DNA of 64,000 bases, taken from NCBI GenBank assembly GCA_036160575.1, contig JAYYDT010000047.1, positions 2,293 to 66,292 of the forward strand, given 5' to 3'. The notes beneath the pieces were generated by a model. It saw nothing but the letters and a program-made list of their open reading frames with translations, ran no database searches and was not told where the DNA came from. The translations under genes and the position numbers were made by a program. This DNA comes from Pseudomonadota bacterium (GTDB lineage Bacteria; Pseudomonadota; Alphaproteobacteria; Thalassobaculales; Thalassobaculaceae). Shown here one piece after another: positions 1-9,288 of the stretch. How positions within the stretch are numbered: position 1 is the stretch's first letter; every line of letters begins with the position of its first letter.

Positions 1-2
1 CG

Positions 3-458
3 GCGCGCCTGCTCAAGGCGCGCGGCGAAACCGTCGCGGTCTCGGAATCGTCGACCGGTGGGTTGATTTCAGCCGCTCTTTTAGCGGTCCCCGGGGCGTC
101 GGCCTATTTCCTCGGCGGCGGGGTGATTTACACCCGCCCGGCCCGCGATCACTTGCTCGGCGTCGATTTTCGCGATCATCCGGGCATGCGCTCATCGAGC
201 GAACCTTACGCCGCTCTCGCCGCCGCCACCATGCGCGCCAAATTGTCGGCGACTTGGGGGCTCGCCGAAACCGGCGCCGCCGGGCCGAGCGGCAATCGCT
301 ACGGCGACCCGGCCGGTCATACCTGTCTGGCGGTTAGCGGGCCGCGCGCGGCCACACGCGTCCTTCAAACCGGCCTTGACGACCGCGAAAACAATATGTG
401 GCTGTTCACCGAACACGCCTTGGCGTTGCTGGTTGAAAGCTTAGAGGCCGCCGCTTGA
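3..458 (+). CDS. CinA-family C-terminal domain protein (PncC-like nicotinamide-nucleotide amidohydrolase); 5' end lies outside the window
   Basis: The frame is open from the window edge. Translation ARLLKARGETVAVSESSTGGLISAALLAVPGASAYFLGGGVIYT carries the SES/CxTGG core typical of CinA/PncC C-terminal domains. Stop TGA at 456-458. Confidence 0.7.
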   Translation, partial: ARLLKARGETVAVSESSTGGLISAALLAVPGASAYFLGGGVIYTRPARDHLLGVDFRDHPGMRSSSEPYAALAAATMRAKLSATWGLAETGAAGPSGNRYGDPAGHTCLAVSGPRAATRVLQTGLDDRENNMWLFTEHALALLVESLEAAA

Positions 459-1391
459 GCCGGCGCGCTTGAGCGGCGCCAGGGCTTCGATATGTTCCGG
501 CGAGAGGCCACAACAGCCGCCCAGCGCGCGCGCGCCCTGGGCCACCCATTCGGTTGAAAAGCCACACAACTCGGCCGGGCTGATGACATCCTCAAACTGC
601 CAATGGGGCATTTTGAAGAAGCCTGAATCCGGATAGGCGGTCAGCGGGCCGTCGAAATGGTCGGCCAGCACCGCCAGCGCTGGGCCGATCACATTGGGCG
701 CGGAATGCATGACCCCGGCGGCGTCGAAACCGGCGCCTCGCGTCAGGGCGGCGACCTCGGCGAAGGGTTGGTCTTCGTACTTGGTGTAGCTCAGCACCGC
801 GCCGTCGTCGCCGGCGCGCACCGAAAACCCACACCACATCGGCAGGCCGGTGGCCTGGGCGGCGGCCACCGCGTGGGCCAAACGCTGCGGCACGAACATC
901 ATTTCCAGCAGGATCAGCTCACAGCCGCCCTCTTTCAAAACCTCGGCCAGTTCGCCGAAGGCGTCAGCCATCATTTGATCGGTGATGTCGTGACGGCGGC
1001 CGGCGCGGTCGCCGTTCGGCGGCGTCGGCAGCATATGCGACAACGAACCGGCGACAACCACCTCTGGCCGGCCGGCTTTTTCACGCGCCGAAAGCGCCGC
1101 CTCGACCGCCGCCAAGTTGATTTCCCGCACCCGGTCACCGTAGCCGGCCTGGCCCAGCATCAGGCCAGAACCGGCGAAGGTATTGGCGGTGATGACCTCG
1201 GCGCCGGCGGCGATATAGGCCTGATGCACCGCTTCCAACGCGTCCCGATGGGTCAGGCTGACCAGCCCGCACCAGGCGTCGTCATTCATCGGCGCGCCCC
1301 GGCGCTCCAACTCGGTGCCGGTGGCGCCGTCGATAACCACAACCCCACCGGCGCGCATGCGTGCGATCAAATCCGCGTAGCTCATGGCCAT
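441..1391 (-). CDS. homocysteine S-methyltransferase family protein
   Basis: MAMSYADLIARMRAGGVVVIDGATGTELERRG at the N-terminus and GGCCGLSPEHI (zinc-binding Cys pair) near the C-terminus are typical of the Pfam S-methyl_trans family. I chose the internal ATG at 1391 because the extra 20 aa of the track ORF run into an AT-rich non-coding tract. Confidence 0.75.
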   Translation of the reverse strand: MAMSYADLIARMRAGGVVVIDGATGTELERRGAPMNDDAWCGLVSLTHRDALEAVHQAYIAAGAEVITANTFAGSGLMLGQAGYGDRVREINLAAVEAALSAREKAGRPEVVVAGSLSHMLPTPPNGDRAGRRHDITDQMMADAFGELAEVLKEGGCELILLEMMFVPQRLAHAVAAAQATGLPMWCGFSVRAGDDGAVLSYTKYEDQPFAEVAALTRGAGFDAAGVMHSAPNVIGPALAVLADHFDGPLTAYPDSGFFKMPHWQFEDVISPAELCGFSTEWVAQGARALGGCCGLSPEHIEALAPLKRAGSSGGL

Positions 1392-1600
1392 CCCCCAATC
1401 GTTTTTTTGGCTCGCTACCTGAAGCGGCGAAGAGGCGCAACAAAAAACCATCTCTCAAAAAAGAAAAAAAATAGAACAAATATAAATTAGCACCTTAACT
1501 TCATTCCCAAGCGGCCCGTTAAACGTACCTTTATCACGTGAAATAAAGCACTGAGAGCGCTGGAATGACCTCCTAAAAATCCCGTAGTACTCCCTAGTAG

Positions 1601-1636
1601 TTCCATTGACTCCCATATTTACCCATGATATTCCAT
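1601..1636. promoter_or_regulatory. candidate MraZ operator: four NYCCAT repeats at exact 10-nt spacing
   Basis: The plus strand reads ttccat (1601), tcccat (1611), acccat (1621), ttccat (1631). The bottom strand contains TGGGA/TGGGT pentamers. Weaker tcct/tccc/tacc elements keep the same register at 1571-1591 and 1641. The array lies about 110-145 nt upstream of the mraZ ATG in the AT-rich divergent region. Confidence 0.4.
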
Positions 1637-1745
1637 GCCATACCGTGTCGGATGATGGCTGGCCCTTGTCCATCGCGTGGGCCTCCCGGAGCGAGACCGG
1701 ACCGCCCGCGGGAGGACTGCCGGCCCGACGACACGCAACGAAAGA

Positions 1746-2261
1746 ATGGCATTGGCAGCGATTGGGCTGATCACGCGCAGAGGGGACAATTGGGTGTCGG
1801 TCTTTCTCTCGACATTCGAGAATAAAGTGGATGGCAAGGGCCGAGTGTCGGTCCCGGCCCCGTTTCGTAGCGCCCTCGACAAGCAGAATTCCACCGGCCT
1901 GGTGCTCTTCCCCTCGCTACGTCACGATTGTCTGGAAGGCTGCGGCGACCAGCGCATTGAACAAATCGTTGAATCAATTGACCGGCTGGACGCGTTTTCC
2001 GAAGAGGCCGAGGCCCTGCAAACCATGCTCGCCGATTCCGTCAGTCTGGCGGTTGACGGCGACGGGCGGATCGTTCTGCCGGAAAAAATGATCACTTTCG
2101 CCGGTCTCGATAAACTCGCCGTCTTCGTGGGCCAGGGGCGGCAATTCCAGATTTGGTCGCCGACGCGCTACCGCGATTTCCGCGACCACAATCGACAAGT
2201 CGCCCGCGACCGCGGCCTGTCCCTTCGAATGGTACCGCGCGGGACCGGGGAGGACGCATGA
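1746..2261 (+). CDS. mraZ: division/cell wall cluster transcriptional regulator MraZ
   Basis: [22 protein letters not shown] plus a second SpoVT/AbrB-like half ([12 protein letters not shown]), and it is the first gene of the dcw cluster. The start is ambiguous: ATG 1746 gives a 16-aa extension, while GTG 1794 gives the canonical N-terminus [11 protein letters not shown]. Confidence 0.9.
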   Translation: MALAAIGLITRRGDNWVSVFLSTFENKVDGKGRVSVPAPFRSALDKQNSTGLVLFPSLRHDCLEGCGDQRIEQIVESIDRLDAFSEEAEALQTMLADSVSLAVDGDGRIVLPEKMITFAGLDKLAVFVGQGRQFQIWSPTRYRDFRDHNRQVARDRGLSLRMVPRGTGEDA

Positions 2262-3223
2262 CCACGGCCGCCAGCGTGCACGCGCCCGTCCTGCTGAACG
2301 AGGTCGTCAGCGGCCTGGCGGTGCGCGACGGGGGGCTCTATGTCGACGGCACTTTCGGCGCCGGCGGGTATACCGCGGCCATACTAGCGGCCGCCAATTG
2401 CAAGGTTTGGGCGATCGACCGCGACCCCGACGCCATCGCCCGCGGCCGCGACTTGGCGGCCCGACACGGCGCGCGGCTCACGCTCGTCGAAGGCCGTTTC
2501 GCCGATATGGATCGCCTGGTCTCGGCGCCGGCGGTCGATGGCGTGGCCTTGGACCTGGGCGTATCATCGCCGCAGCTGGATCAGGCCGCGCGCGGCTTTT
2601 CCTTCCGCTTCGACGGCCCACTCGACATGCGTATGGAGCGCGAAGGCCCAACCGCCGCCGACATCGTCAATGGCGAGAGCGAAGCGCGCCTGGCCGATAT
2701 CATTTTCCACCTGGGCGAGGAGCGCAAAGCGCGCCGCATCGCCCGCGCGATCGTCACGGCACGGACGACGCGGCCGATCCTGCGTACCGGCGAGCTAGCC
2801 TCCCTGGTGCGTGGGGTCGTGCCGGCCGCGCCGCAGGATAAAATCGACCCCGCCACCCGCACCTTCCAGGCCCTGCGCCTGCATGTGAACGGCGAGTTGG
2901 AGCAATTGGACGGCGGTCTGGCCGCCGCCGAGCGCTTGCTGGCCCCCGGTGGCCGCTTGGCCGTGGTTTCGTTCCATTCGTTGGAAGATCGGCGGGTGAA
3001 GAACTTCTTGCGCGCCCGCGCCGGTCAAGCGCCACGGCCATCGCGCCATGTGCCGCAAGCGGCGCTGCGCAAGGCGCCACCGACCAGTTTTCGCGACCTC
3101 ACCCGTCGGCCGTTACGCCCCGCCGACGCCGAAACCGCCGCTAACCCGCGCGCCCGTTCGGCCCGTTTGCGACTGGCCGAACGCACCGACGCGGCGCCCT
3201 GGCCGGTGTTGGAGGCGGTCTGA
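2258..3223 (+). CDS. rsmH: 16S rRNA (cytosine1402-N4)-methyltransferase RsmH (MraW)
   Basis: [13 protein letters not shown]...[12 protein letters not shown]...[10 protein letters not shown]...[11 protein letters not shown] motifs. The ATG overlaps the mraZ stop (ATGA at 2258-2261). Confidence 0.92.
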   Translation: MTTAASVHAPVLLNEVVSGLAVRDGGLYVDGTFGAGGYTAAILAAANCKVWAIDRDPDAIARGRDLAARHGARLTLVEGRFADMDRLVSAPAVDGVALDLGVSSPQLDQAARGFSFRFDGPLDMRMEREGPTAADIVNGESEARLADIIFHLGEERKARRIARAIVTARTTRPILRTGELASLVRGVVPAAPQDKIDPATRTFQALRLHVNGELEQLDGGLAAAERLLAPGGRLAVVSFHSLEDRRVKNFLRARAGQAPRPSRHVPQAALRKAPPTSFRDLTRRPLRPADAETAANPRARSARLRLAERTDAAPWPVLEAV

Positions 3224-3582
3224 TGCGACGTTCCTTGCTGTTATGGTTTGGCCTGGTTTTCGGCACCGCGGTGACCTTCTTTCTGATCTCCACCGATGTT
3301 CGGCGCCAGCGCGAGGAATTGGCCGACCTGCACCGCGAGATTTACCGCCATCAACAGGCGTTGCATGTGCTGAAGGCCGAATGGAGCTACCTCAATCGTC
3401 CCGACCGTTTGGCGCGCTTAATCGAAAAGCACCTCGAACTCACACCGATTGACGCCCACCACTTGGCGCCCCTAGCGGCCATCCCCCCGCGACCGCGACC
3501 GCTCGCGGAGCCGACGGTCGGGCATGTGACGGGACCTGCAACGACACCCACAACGGCGCCGACGACGGGGGCCGGGCAGTGA
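3223..3582 (+). CDS. ftsL: cell division protein FtsL (alphaproteobacterial type)
   Basis: Small bitopic protein: a TM helix (LLLWFGLVFGTAVTFFLI) followed by a coiled-coil-like segment. It sits in the conserved position between rsmH and ftsI and overlaps the rsmH stop by 1 nt. Confidence 0.7.
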   Translation: MRRSLLLWFGLVFGTAVTFFLISTDVRRQREELADLHREIYRHQQALHVLKAEWSYLNRPDRLARLIEKHLELTPIDAHHLAPLAAIPPRPRPLAEPTVGHVTGPATTPTTAPTTGAGQ

Positions 3583-5294
3583 TCGCCCGCCGCCGCCAAA
3601 GCGTGTCTCGGGGCAAGGTGTCCCTGGTCACCGGCATGGAGCGGGCCGCGCAGATCGCCCGTTCGCGTCTTTTGTTCGCCGCCGTCGTCTTCGCCGTCGG
3701 TTTTGTGGTGATGGCGGCGCGCGTCGTCGACGTGGCCATTCTCACCGATGGCAACGAGCCGCGCCTGGCGCGCGTGCCGGCGGCCGCGCCCCTCGCCACC
3801 GGGCGCGCCGACATCGTGGATCGCAATGGGGTTCTTCTAGCCACCTCACTGCGCGCCGCCTCACTCTATGCCGATCCCACCGAGATCATCGACCCGGCGG
3901 CGGCGGCGGCGCAATTGACCGGCGTGCTGACTGACCTCAAACCGGCACATATCGCCGCCAAACTGGTCCAGCCGAAACGCTTCGTGTGGATCAAACGGCA
4001 TCTGACCCCCGCCGAAACCTTCGCGGTCAATCGCTTGGGCATTCCCGGCCTGCATTTTCAGACCGAGGAACGGCGCGTCTACCCCCATGGCGCGCTGGCC
4101 GCGCACGTGACCGGTTTCGCCGGCGTTGACGACACCGGCCTCGCCGGGCTGGAAAAAGCCTTGGACAGCCGCATCCGCGGTGACCAAACACCGGTCCGCA
4201 CCAGCATCGATGTGCGCCTTCAGCATATCGTGCGCCAGGAGGTACAGCGCCAAATCGATGATTTCAGCGCCGTCGGCGGAGTTGGCGTGGTGATGGCGGT
4301 CGACAGCGGTGAAGTTCACGCCCTGGTCTCGCTGCCGGATTTCGACGCCAACCGGGCCGAGGTCACGCCACCGGAGGCGCGCTTCAACCGGGCCACCCTG
4401 GGCGTCTATGAAATGGGCTCGACGTTTAAAATTTTTAACACCGCGATGGCCCTGGAGAGCGGCGCGGTGACCTTGCGCGACGGCTACGACGCGACCAAAC
4501 CGATCCGCATCGCGCGCTTCACGATCTCCGATTACCACGCTCAAAAACGCTGGTTGTCGGTGCCGGAAATCTTCATGTATTCGTCGAACATCGGGTCGGT
4601 CAAAATCGCCCTCGACGTCGGCACCGAGGACCAGCGCGCGTTCCTCGCCCGCCTTGGGTTTTTAGATCGCCTGGCACTCGAATTGCCGGAAACTGGCACG
4701 CCGATGACGCCGCGCCCATGGCGCCAGATCAACACCATGACAATCAGCTATGGCCACGGTCTGTCGGTGACGCCGCTGCATCTGGCCGGCGCCGTCTCGA
4801 CGGTTGTCAACGGCGGTCTGCGCCATGCCCCGACCCTGCTCGCCCAAGACACACCGGCGACCGGTCAGCGGGTGTTTTCGGCGGACACATCGAAGGCCAT
4901 GCGCCGTCTGTTGCGCCTGGTGGTGAAAAGCGGCACCGGCCGTAACGCCGACGCCCGCGGCTTTTTGGTCGGTGGGAAAACCGGCACGGCGGAAAAATCC
5001 GGTGTTGGCGGCTATCGCCGCAAGGCGCTGCTGTCGTCCTTTGTCGCCGCCTTCCCCCTGAACGCGCCGAAATTCGTGATCCTGGTCATGGTCGACGAGC
5101 CCAAAGGTAACGAACGCTCCCACGGCTACGCCACCGGCGGGTGGGTCGCCGCGCCCGCGGTCAAGCGCATCGTCGCCCGCATGGCACCGCTCTACGGAAT
5201 TCTTCCAATTGACGAAAACGCGCCGGAAATTCGCCGTGATTTGGAAATGAAACTCCCCACACCGAAGGGAGGAAATCGCCTTGCGTCTTTCTAA
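3579..5294 (+). CDS. ftsI: peptidoglycan D,D-transpeptidase FtsI (PBP3)
   Basis: N-terminal TM segment, PBP dimerisation region, and transpeptidase motifs STFK (YEMGSTFKIFN), SSN (MYSSNIG) and KTGT (GGKTGTAEK). The GTG start overlaps the ftsL stop (GTGA). Confidence 0.9.
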   Translation: MIARRRQSVSRGKVSLVTGMERAAQIARSRLLFAAVVFAVGFVVMAARVVDVAILTDGNEPRLARVPAAAPLATGRADIVDRNGVLLATSLRAASLYADPTEIIDPAAAAAQLTGVLTDLKPAHIAAKLVQPKRFVWIKRHLTPAETFAVNRLGIPGLHFQTEERRVYPHGALAAHVTGFAGVDDTGLAGLEKALDSRIRGDQTPVRTSIDVRLQHIVRQEVQRQIDDFSAVGGVGVVMAVDSGEVHALVSLPDFDANRAEVTPPEARFNRATLGVYEMGSTFKIFNTAMALESGAVTLRDGYDATKPIRIARFTISDYHAQKRWLSVPEIFMYSSNIGSVKIALDVGTEDQRAFLARLGFLDRLALELPETGTPMTPRPWRQINTMTISYGHGLSVTPLHLAGAVSTVVNGGLRHAPTLLAQDTPATGQRVFSADTSKAMRRLLRLVVKSGTGRNADARGFLVGGKTGTAEKSGVGGYRRKALLSSFVAAFPLNAPKFVILVMVDEPKGNERSHGYATGGWVAAPAVKRIVARMAPLYGILPIDENAPEIRRDLEMKLPTPKGGNRLASF

Positions 5295-6753
5295 ATTGAT
5301 CCCCGGGACAGATCCCCGGCGCGACCCGACAATCACAGGGCTCACCGCCGACAGCCGGCAGGTCCGCCCCGGCTATCTTTTCGCCGCCCTGCCCGGTCAC
5401 CAGGCCGACGGCCGCAATTTCATTCCCGACGCGGTCGCCCGCGGCGCCGTCGCCGTGCTGACCGCGCCGAGGCCCCAACTCGCCGCGCGGTGCGGAGACG
5501 CTCTGTTGATCGAGGACCGGAACCCACGACGTCGGCTGGCCCAGATGGCCGCCGCCTTCCATGGCGCCCAACCGGCGGTCATGGTCGCGGTCACTGGCAC
5601 CAATGGCAAAACCTCGGTGGTCGAGGGCTGCCGCCAGATTTGGCGGCGCTTGGGCATGAACGCCGCCAGTATGGGCACGCTCGGCACGGTTCGCGCCGAT
5701 GGCGACGGCGGCGGCAGCCTGACCACCCCCGATCCGGTGACATTGCACGACACCTTGGCGACGCTGGCCGCCGACGGTTGCGATCATTTGGCGATCGAGG
5801 CGTCCAGTCACGGTCTCGATCAATACCGCCTCGATGGGATCGCCTTGGTCGCCGCCGCCTTCACCAATTTGAGCCAGGATCACCTGGACTATCACGGCGA
5901 CATGGACGGCTATATGCGCGCCAAGACCCGCTTGTTCACCGAGATTTTGCCCCGCGAGGGCACCGCCGTACTGAACCGTGACAGCCATCACTTCCAAGGC
6001 TTGGTCGACCTGGCCGTCGAACGCGGCCAGAAAATCGTCAGTTTTGGGCGCCAAGCGGCGGCCGACCTGTGCCTGGAGGCGGCCGTCCCCGGCCCCAGCG
6101 GCCAGGAAATCGCGGTGCGCACGGCCTACGGCCACTATCATATTCATCTGCCGCTGATTGGCGGGTTCCAGGCCCACAACGCCTTGGCGGCGGCGGCTTT
6201 GACAATTGCCGCCGGCGCCGATGAAGCGGCGGTTATCGACAGCCTGACGGCCCTGGTCGGCGCGCCTGGCCGCCTGCAATTGGTGGCGCGCAGCGCCCAG
6301 GGCGCGGCGATTCTGGTCGACTACGCGCACACACCCGACGCCCTGGCGACCATGCTGAATGCCATTCGTCCGCATGTCGCCGGCCGCCTGGCGGTGGTGT
6401 TCGGCTGTGGCGGCGACCGCGATCCCGGCAAACGTCCGATGATGGGCGCGGCGGCGACGGACCACGCCGATTTGGTGTGGTTGACCGATGACAATCCGCG
6501 GGGCGAGGACCCGGCGACGATCCGAGCGGCGGCGCGCGCCGGCTGTCCACAGGCGACCGAAATCGGCGACCGGGCCGAGGCCATCGCCGCCGCCATCGCC
6601 GCCCTCGGCCCCGATGATCTGTTGGTGGTCGCCGGCAAGGGCCATGAGCCCGGTCAAATCGTCGGTGACCGTGTCCTGCCTTTCGACGATTCCAAGGTCG
6701 CCCGCGCGGCGGCCATCGCCGGCGGCGGGTGCGCGGTAGGAGTGGCGGCATGA
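5281..6753 (+). CDS. murE: UDP-N-acetylmuramoyl-L-alanyl-D-glutamate--2,6-diaminopimelate ligase
   Basis: Mur ligase P-loop VTGTNGKTS and the DNPR motif (LTDDNPRGEDP) typical of meso-DAP-adding MurE. Conserved dcw position. TTG start at 5281 as in the track. Confidence 0.92.
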   Translation: MRLSKLIPGTDPRRDPTITGLTADSRQVRPGYLFAALPGHQADGRNFIPDAVARGAVAVLTAPRPQLAARCGDALLIEDRNPRRRLAQMAAAFHGAQPAVMVAVTGTNGKTSVVEGCRQIWRRLGMNAASMGTLGTVRADGDGGGSLTTPDPVTLHDTLATLAADGCDHLAIEASSHGLDQYRLDGIALVAAAFTNLSQDHLDYHGDMDGYMRAKTRLFTEILPREGTAVLNRDSHHFQGLVDLAVERGQKIVSFGRQAAADLCLEAAVPGPSGQEIAVRTAYGHYHIHLPLIGGFQAHNALAAAALTIAAGADEAAVIDSLTALVGAPGRLQLVARSAQGAAILVDYAHTPDALATMLNAIRPHVAGRLAVVFGCGGDRDPGKRPMMGAAATDHADLVWLTDDNPRGEDPATIRAAARAGCPQATEIGDRAEAIAAAIAALGPDDLLVVAGKGHEPGQIVGDRVLPFDDSKVARAAAIAGGGCAVGVAA

Positions 6754-8192
6754 ACGCGGCAAGTCTTCAATGGGAAAGCGCGGCGGTCATCGCCGCGACC
6801 GGCGGCCGCGCGGTTGGCGACGCCTGGATGGCCCACGGCCTCGCCATCGACAGCCGACAGGTGCGGGCCGGCGATCTTTTCGTGGCGTTGCGCGGCGACC
6901 GTTTCGACGGCCATGACTTTCTCACCGTCGCCGCTCAAAAAGGTGCTGTCGCCGCCCTGGTCGAAGTGGCGCCGGCGGCCCTGCCCGCGGGTTTCCCGGT
7001 GGTGGTGGTCGACAACAGCCTGACCGCGCTGAACCAATTGGCCGCCGCCGCCCGCCGCCGCCTGACCGGCCCGGTGGTCGCGGTCACCGGCAGCGTCGGC
7101 AAGACCGGCAGTAAAGAAAGCCTGGCCCGCGCGCTCGCGGCCTTTGGCTCCTGCCATGTCAACCAGGGCAATCTCAACAACCATATCGGTGCGCCGTTGT
7201 CGCTGGCCCGCGCCCCGGCGGCGAGCGATTTTTGCGTCCTCGAAATGGGCATGAATCACGCCGGCGAAATCAGCCCGCTGTCGCGTCTGGCACAGCCACA
7301 AGTGGCCCTGATCACCAATGTCGAGCCGGTGCACATCGGCCATTTCCGCGACATCACCGCGATCGCCGACGCCAAATGCGAAATTTTCGATGGGGTCATG
7401 CCCGGCGGCGTCGCCATCCTCAACCGCGACAACGCGATGTTCGACTATTGCGCCGCCGCCGCCAAACGCGCGGGGATCGAACGGATCATCAGTTTCGGTC
7501 GCGACGTGCATGCCGATGTGCGTTTGCTGGAATGCGAAGCCGGCATCGACGGCAGTCACGTCCGCGCCCATGTGATCGACCAAGAGGCGCGCTATCACTT
7601 GCGGGCGATCGGCTGCCATTGGGTGCTCAACAGCCTCGGCGTGCTGGCCGCGGTCGCCGCACTCGGGCTCGATCCGGCGGTCGCGGCGGCGGCCATGGAA
7701 CAGGTCACCGCCGGCCGTGGGCGCGGCGGCCAAGTCGATATGCCGGCCGCCGACGGCGGGCACTATCGGCTGATCGACGAAAGCTATAACGCCAGCCCAC
7801 CGGCGGTGCGCGCCGCCCTTTCGGTGTTGGCGATGACCCCGACCGGCCCCGGCGGTCGGCGCATCGCGGTGCTGGGCGACATGCTTGAACTGGGCGCCCA
7901 TAGCGCCGATTTACACGCCGATCTGGCCCCCGATCTGTTCGCCAGCGGCGCCGATATGTTGTTCACCGCCGGGCCCGACATGGCCCAATTGCGGGCCCAT
8001 TTGGCAACCCCTCTGACCGGCGTCCACGGCGCCGGCGCGGCGGATATCGCGGCGGCCGTGGCGGCCGAGGTGCGCGCCGGTGACGTGGTCCTCGTCAAAG
8101 GTTCGCTGGGCATGGGCATGAGCGCCATCATCAAAGCCTTAAACGACGCCGCGCCGGTCGCCGCCGCGACCGCCGGCGGCCGGGGAGCGTAA
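6750..8192 (+). CDS. murF: UDP-N-acetylmuramoyl-tripeptide--D-alanyl-D-alanine ligase
   Basis: Mur ligase P-loop VTGSVGKTGSKE. Conserved dcw position. ATG 6750 overlaps the murE stop (ATGA). Confidence 0.9.
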   Translation: MNAASLQWESAAVIAATGGRAVGDAWMAHGLAIDSRQVRAGDLFVALRGDRFDGHDFLTVAAQKGAVAALVEVAPAALPAGFPVVVVDNSLTALNQLAAAARRRLTGPVVAVTGSVGKTGSKESLARALAAFGSCHVNQGNLNNHIGAPLSLARAPAASDFCVLEMGMNHAGEISPLSRLAQPQVALITNVEPVHIGHFRDITAIADAKCEIFDGVMPGGVAILNRDNAMFDYCAAAAKRAGIERIISFGRDVHADVRLLECEAGIDGSHVRAHVIDQEARYHLRAIGCHWVLNSLGVLAAVAALGLDPAVAAAAMEQVTAGRGRGGQVDMPAADGGHYRLIDESYNASPPAVRAALSVLAMTPTGPGGRRIAVLGDMLELGAHSADLHADLAPDLFASGADMLFTAGPDMAQLRAHLATPLTGVHGAGAADIAAAVAAEVRAGDVVLVKGSLGMGMSAIIKALNDAAPVAAATAGGRGA

Positions 8193-8195
8193 GCG

Positions 8196-9284
8196 ATGCT
8201 GTACAATCTCCTGGTGCCGCTGACCGACGATTTTCAGATCTTCAATCTGTTTCGTTATCTGACTTTTCGGACCGGCGGCGCGACCATCACCGCGTTGATT
8301 ATTTCTTTCATTCTGGGGCCCTTTTTGATTCGCCGCTTAAAAGCGGTGCAGGGCGCCGGCCAACCGATCCGCAGCGATGGACCGGCCAGCCATTTGCTGA
8401 CCAAGGCCGGCACGCCGACCATGGGCGGGTTATTGATTCTGATCGCGATTTCGGTCTCGACGTTGTTGTGGGCGGATTTGTCGAACCCGTTCGTCGGGAC
8501 CATTTTGCTGGTCACCATCGGTTTCGGCTTGGTCGGTTTCGCCGATGACTACTTGAAGCTGACCAAGCGCAATACCCGCGGCCTGCCCGCCACGCTGAAG
8601 CTGGCCGCCCAAATCGTCATCGCCATCGCCGCGGTGGCGATGGTCACCTCGGCGCAGCGGCCGGAACTGGCGACCAGTCTGGCGACCCCCTTCCTGAAAG
8701 ATCTGCTGATCCCGCTGGGTATCGCCTTTTGGCCCTTCGCGGTGTTCGTCATGGTTGGCGCGTCCAACGCCGTCAATTTGACGGACGGTTTGGACGGCTT
8801 GGCGACCGTGCCGGTGATGATCGCCGCCGGCTGCTTCGCGTTGATCGCCTATCTGGTCGGCAACACGGTTTTTTCATCCTATTTGCAAATCCACCACGTC
8901 GCCGGCGCCGGCGAGTTAGCGGTGTTTTGCGGCACCTTGGTTGGCGCCGGTTTGGGGTTTTTGTGGTTCAACGCGCCCCCGGCGAAGGTTTTCATGGGGG
9001 ACACCGGCTCGCTGTCGATGGGCGGCGCGCTCGGCGCGATCAGCGTGATCACCAAGCATGAACTGGTGTTGGCGATTATCGGCGGCCTGTTTGTGGTCGA
9101 GGCGATTTCGGTCATCCTGCAAGTGGCCTCCTACAAGCTCACCGGCAAGCGCGTCTTCCTGATGGCGCCGCTGCACCATCATTTCGAGCACAAGGGTTGG
9201 GCCGAGCCGACCATTGTTATCCGATTCTGGATCGTCGCCTTCATTCTGGCCCTGATCGGCCTATCGACCTTGAAGTTGAGGTGA
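8196..9284 (+). CDS. mraY: phospho-N-acetylmuramoyl-pentapeptide-transferase
   Basis: Polytopic membrane protein with [20 protein letters not shown] and FMGDTGSL motifs characteristic of MraY. Confidence 0.95.
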   Translation: MLYNLLVPLTDDFQIFNLFRYLTFRTGGATITALIISFILGPFLIRRLKAVQGAGQPIRSDGPASHLLTKAGTPTMGGLLILIAISVSTLLWADLSNPFVGTILLVTIGFGLVGFADDYLKLTKRNTRGLPATLKLAAQIVIAIAAVAMVTSAQRPELATSLATPFLKDLLIPLGIAFWPFAVFVMVGASNAVNLTDGLDGLATVPVMIAAGCFALIAYLVGNTVFSSYLQIHHVAGAGELAVFCGTLVGAGLGFLWFNAPPAKVFMGDTGSLSMGGALGAISVITKHELVLAIIGGLFVVEAISVILQVASYKLTGKRVFLMAPLHHHFEHKGWAEPTIVIRFWIVAFILALIGLSTLKLR

Positions 9285-9288
9285 GGCG

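Noticed and set aside
1392-1560. A possible SAM-responsive riboswitch or leader upstream of the homocysteine methyltransferase gene (minus strand).
   Set aside because: The region is extremely AT-rich (about 23 percent G+C over 1441-1500 by my count). I could not recognise the conserved SAM-II/SAM-V pseudoknot elements by eye. A covariance-model scan is needed before any such claim.
5161-6762. A 533-aa minus-strand ORF antisense to murE. Similar long antisense ORFs include 6654..7901(-), 15160..16173(-), 15996..17231(-), 22179..23615(-), 41357..42922(+), 43794..44933(+), 56612..58198(-) and 19668..20576(-).
   Set aside because: Each lies opposite a gene with unmistakable conserved motifs. 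Their translations are Arg/Gly/Ala/Pro-rich low-complexity strings with no recognisable domains. Long stop-free antisense frames are expected in DNA this GC-rich.
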